The translations under genes and the position numbers were made by a program. This document shows, piece after piece, positions 52,764 to 56,309 of a DNA stretch of 56,309 bases. The stretch's first letter is position 1, and each line of letters begins with the position of its first letter. Below the pieces are notes generated by a model. The model searched no databases, had not been told where the DNA came from, and worked only from the letters and a program-made list of their open reading frames with translations. Origin of the DNA: Trichomonas gallinae (Eukaryota); NCBI GenBank assembly GCA_008369845.1, contig MRSU01000035.1, forward strand, positions 1-56,309. Reading direction: 5' to 3'.

Positions 52764-53438
52764 ATGTTTGATTTCAGCTTTACTAGCGATGACATTAATA
52801 ATGATCAGAATGGCTATGTTCAACCACGCAACATTTCATCTTTCCTAGGGGAGCCCAAAGCGAATGAGGCTCCAATCCCAAAGAATTTTCCGAATCAATA
52901 TAAAAAAACTAAATGGACACCGGAGGAAGACCGCGCTCTGATCGAAAGCGTCAGAATTCATGGAACTAAGAACTGGATTGCTGTTGCAACATTAGTACCA
53001 GATCGAAATTCAAAACAATGTCGTGAGCGATGGACTGCTCAGCTTGATCCGAGTTTAAATCACAAGGAATTTACACCGCAAGAGGATGCAATCATTATAT
53101 TGCAACACCAAGCAAATGGGCCTTATTGGGCAAAAATCGCCGCATATCTTCCTGGTAGGTCTGCATGTGCTATTAAGAATCGATTCAACTGGCTCTCTAG
53201 ACGCCATCTGCCGCAGAGAATGAATAAGTTTATCTTGTCAGGTACAACTCCGATGGAAACATCTTCGTCATCTGGACCTGTTTCTCCATTAGGAATCGCT
53301 TCGTTTGCTCTTTCCGACCCACAGACATCAACGGCACCTAAACCAATGGCGCCTCCACCTCCTCCTCAGGAAGAACCCGAAGATCTATTTCAATCGAATT
53401 TTTTCGAGGATGATATGGAAAACGATGCTTTTTTCTGA
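52764..53438 (+). CDS. R2R3 Myb transcription factor
   Basis: KWTPEED...NW..VA...RNSKQCRERW...LDP; FTPQED...WAKIA..LPGRS...IKNRF. Confidence 0.96.
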   Translation: MFDFSFTSDDINNDQNGYVQPRNISSFLGEPKANEAPIPKNFPNQYKKTKWTPEEDRALIESVRIHGTKNWIAVATLVPDRNSKQCRERWTAQLDPSLNHKEFTPQEDAIIILQHQANGPYWAKIAAYLPGRSACAIKNRFNWLSRRHLPQRMNKFILSGTTPMETSSSSGPVSPLGIASFALSDPQTSTAPKPMAPPPPPQEEPEDLFQSNFFEDDMENDAFF

Positions 53439-53868
53439 GATGAATATCGAGCTCATTCATATACTACTTCATTTTCACATGTTTTTGTTTGCTAAATATA
53501 TTTATGTTTGTTTCCCTATGATTATTTTAAACCGTTATGTGCGATGTTATGCTTTTCATGAGAAAATTCATACTTTCCAAATAATTCATCGATTTCGTAA
53601 TTCAAAACAGAAAGTTAAAATCTATTGATTTTCCTAACATCTCTCCCTGATAATAAAACTATACATGCAAAGTTATCCATTTTCGTTTATTATAAAACGA
53701 TATTGCAAAATTCTCTACGACAAATGATAAATTTGTTTTTGGAACATATTTTTGAGCCTATTATAAATATTGGAGTTCATTTGGAAATTATTAAATATAA
53801 AATCATGATTTAAACTAACAAAATAAACGAGTAATATGGAAAATAACAACAATAAACTCTATAATTTT

Positions 53869-55722
53869 CTAACATGTATATATAGCAAGGTCATCGAATG
53901 CTCTTGCATCATCTAAAGTTTCATCAGAAAGAATTCCTTGCGGAAGGTTCTCGAAAAGCTTTCCAAGCTCAGCAACAGTGCCTTGGTCGAGCTCTTCATG
54001 ATCAATGACACGCTTAACACGACTGTTGATCTTTTCTCCAAGAGATTCAATCATCGGATCCTTGGCTGCTGCAGATATGGCCCTAATTGCTAGGAATGAT
54101 AGGTCCATGCGTTCATCGCCGACGAAAGGGAGAACTATCTGCGCGTATTCTAGAGGCATTCCGTTTTCACTGAGATCATAACAAAGAGATAAGGCCAATC
54201 TGATTACTTCTGAATCTCCTGTAGCCAGCCAGTCTTCTAATGGCTTCAGAATTGTCGCCGTATCAACTGGGGTGGCTCTAGCGAGCTGTCTGAGTGTTTC
54301 TATAATTATCATTGCTGATGTGATTGCCATGAAGGGTTTTGACGTTTGTAGCAGAGAGGAAACGTTTTTAATAACAATATGTAAGCATTGCTTGATAGAA
54401 ATCAGGCAAGATATTAATGCTGTGAGCGATTCAACACATTTCGCTGAAGCTGATTGCTTCAAGACATCAAAAACAAGGGAAATAGTGAATGGAGAGCTTA
54501 CTGTAGTTATTGCATTTGCGAAATCGAACTCTTTGTCCATGAAAACTGAGAAAATATAAGCAATCCTAGTAACAATCGTTTCATTAATCTTATGATTGTT
54601 CAGAGCCGTAAGGAAAATTTCTATTAAGTCCTCTGGGGAGTATTCTGTGATCGCAGTTGAACGAAAAACAGCGTCATCGCAACATTTTTCGAGAAAACTT
54701 AAACATTGAAGGACAATGTTCGAGTTTTTCGTGTAATCTCTAAGTATTTTGATGATTAGAACGATAATATTGGCTTTTGGAATTTGAGATTCGCTTGAAT
54801 TGTTATTTGAAATATAATTTAAGAAAGATATCATGTAAAGTAAGAATTGATTAACAGAATCGTTGTTTTCAAGTTCAGTATTGAAGCACTGCGTAACAGC
54901 TTGACTCCAATTTGGCGAATTTATTAAAATTTGAGAAAGCTTCGAATCTTTCGAGATATTTGAGAGTACAGCTGCAGAATATATACGTGTGCTGATGTGA
55001 TTTTGGGGAGGTAAAACATTTATGCAGAAATTTACAATTTGTTCGATAATTCTATTTTCTTTAGCTGAAATCGAGGCCGTATAAAGATAGGATGCTTTGG
55101 CAATGACAAAATTAACAAGATTTAAAATAGATTCGGAATCTTGCGGATGATTTAAATCAGCGAGCGGTGCAAGTGGTTGATGCGTATTCACGGCCTTTGG
55201 CTGGATAATACGCGGCGTAATCAGTTTTGGTCCTTTCTTTTCTTGTCCTTTTACAATAGGAATATTAATTATTGGCTTTGGCGATTTAAGACGTGTAAGT
55301 GAAGGTGCTGACGGCTTTGAGTGCATTGTTGATGTTAAAATTTGAAATCCTGTTATTAGATTTACTAAATCATCTGTAGGAATTGCTTCGATTACTTTTA
55401 AGAGCAGAGTTATCATCCTTGGCAGCGCCTTTGCATCTGATAAAGAGTAGGAGCCTTTATCTGATATTTCAGAACAATCCGAATTAAATTTTGCGAGTAA
55501 TGAATGAAAATCAATCATATCTGAGGGAGACTCTAGTTGTGTTGCAAATTCTTCAAAAACACTTGAATCTGAGCGAGATAATCCTTTAGGCTCCGAAACA
55601 ACAAAAGGAATCTCTGTAATTTCGGGTGCGTGAAGCTTATCCTCTGTGAGTGGTGATGGTGTAACTCTTGGAACAACAGGATCAAGCGGTAAGTATGGAG
55701 ATCCTTCTGTGGTTGTCTTCAT
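53869..55722 (-). CDS. ARM-repeat-like hypothetical protein with Pro-rich N-terminus
   Basis: 617-aa ORF with helical repeats (IVLQCLSFLE, IVTRIAYIFS). M2 motif AAAGTGAC in the leader (~55729-55736). Confidence 0.75.
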   Translation of the reverse strand: MKTTTEGSPYLPLDPVVPRVTPSPLTEDKLHAPEITEIPFVVSEPKGLSRSDSSVFEEFATQLESPSDMIDFHSLLAKFNSDCSEISDKGSYSLSDAKALPRMITLLLKVIEAIPTDDLVNLITGFQILTSTMHSKPSAPSLTRLKSPKPIINIPIVKGQEKKGPKLITPRIIQPKAVNTHQPLAPLADLNHPQDSESILNLVNFVIAKASYLYTASISAKENRIIEQIVNFCINVLPPQNHISTRIYSAAVLSNISKDSKLSQILINSPNWSQAVTQCFNTELENNDSVNQFLLYMISFLNYISNNNSSESQIPKANIIVLIIKILRDYTKNSNIVLQCLSFLEKCCDDAVFRSTAITEYSPEDLIEIFLTALNNHKINETIVTRIAYIFSVFMDKEFDFANAITTVSSPFTISLVFDVLKQSASAKCVESLTALISCLISIKQCLHIVIKNVSSLLQTSKPFMAITSAMIIIETLRQLARATPVDTATILKPLEDWLATGDSEVIRLALSLCYDLSENGMPLEYAQIVLPFVGDERMDLSFLAIRAISAAAKDPMIESLGEKINSRVKRVIDHEELDQGTVAELGKLFENLPQGILSDETLDDARAFDDLAIYTC

Positions 55723-55955
55723 AGAGTTGTCACTTTTTGAAGAAATTAATTTCTGAATTTTCCCGCATTAATAATACGTATTATTAATTTTAAAATATGT
55801 CATGTAATTTTAAATTGTATCATGTAAACGTCAAAACAATATAAACAATATAGGCAATGAAACTTCGATGCTACCGGTAAATTTGACTCAATCTAATATA
55901 TAATAATATAACAGGGCCTCCACCCTGACCATATTCTTTGTGCCATCAATAATTT

Positions 55956-56246
55956 TTGATAGATAATGAATATGACTACGAATATTTCACCGACGACGAA
56001 GCTCTTCATGCGAGTAAAGTCAATATAGACGGTAAGTCAATGATAAGAAGAAGAAAATCAGAAGAAAAGAATGCAGACAATGAATATGACTACGAATATT
56101 TCACAGTTGATGAAGCAATCCACAAAACACACATAGTTAAAGACGGAAATCCACTTAATAGATACAGAAATGGCGAAAAAGATTCAGACGACGAGTACGA
56201 ATATAACTATTCTACTGATGATGAATACAATCAATGTTGTGCATAA
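55956..56246 (+). repeat. threefold acidic/Tyr peptide repeat (NEYDYEYFTxDE) in an ATG-less reading frame; probable gene fragment
   Basis: aatgaatatgactacgaatatttcac at ~55965 and ~56079; third degenerate copy at ~56190. Confidence 0.5.
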
Positions 56247-56309
56247 ACAAACTAGAATTCTCAAAAGAAAGTAAAGATACTTCATTTCTTTTTCTAATAT
56301 TACAAAAAG

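Noticed and set aside
1..56309. Maverick/Tc1-mariner/Mutator transposons, rRNA or tRNA genes
   Set aside because: No transposase, integrase or polB ORF, no long terminal inverted repeats, and no recognisable rRNA/tRNA sequence were seen.

Overview
AT-rich, gene-dense eukaryotic DNA with almost no introns, most consistent with a trichomonad/parabasalid (Trichomonas-like) genome. Supporting signs are Inr (TCAYT), M2 (AAAGTGAC) and M3/M5 core-promoter motifs, stop codons embedded in TAAA, and BspA, Myb and TKL family genes. About 24 protein genes are supported. They include RPL5 (partial), RPL30, Bub3-like, DZIP1-like, importin-beta-like, two thioredoxin-fold proteins, a USP, a Furry/Tao3-like giant, SRP14, a TKL kinase, a histone-fold protein, profilin, two paralogous coiled-coil proteins, NAA20, BspA-like, LRRC9-like, a CK1/TTBK kinase, a Myb and a Cabin1/Hir3-like protein. 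The most unusual element is an ankyrin gene (50619-51337) whose three intact coding blocks lie in three different frames. They are separated at the same position of successive ankyrin repeats by AT-rich inserts built from about 20-nt RTTCAT-periodic units. Insert 1 cannot be removed by GT-AG splicing, and insert 2 contains a nested 25-nt type-B-like intron. Also notable are a recurrent upstream motif TGWCRYGTAAA and a GC-rich structured non-coding island at about 4698-4790. All homology calls come from motif recognition by eye, not from database searches.
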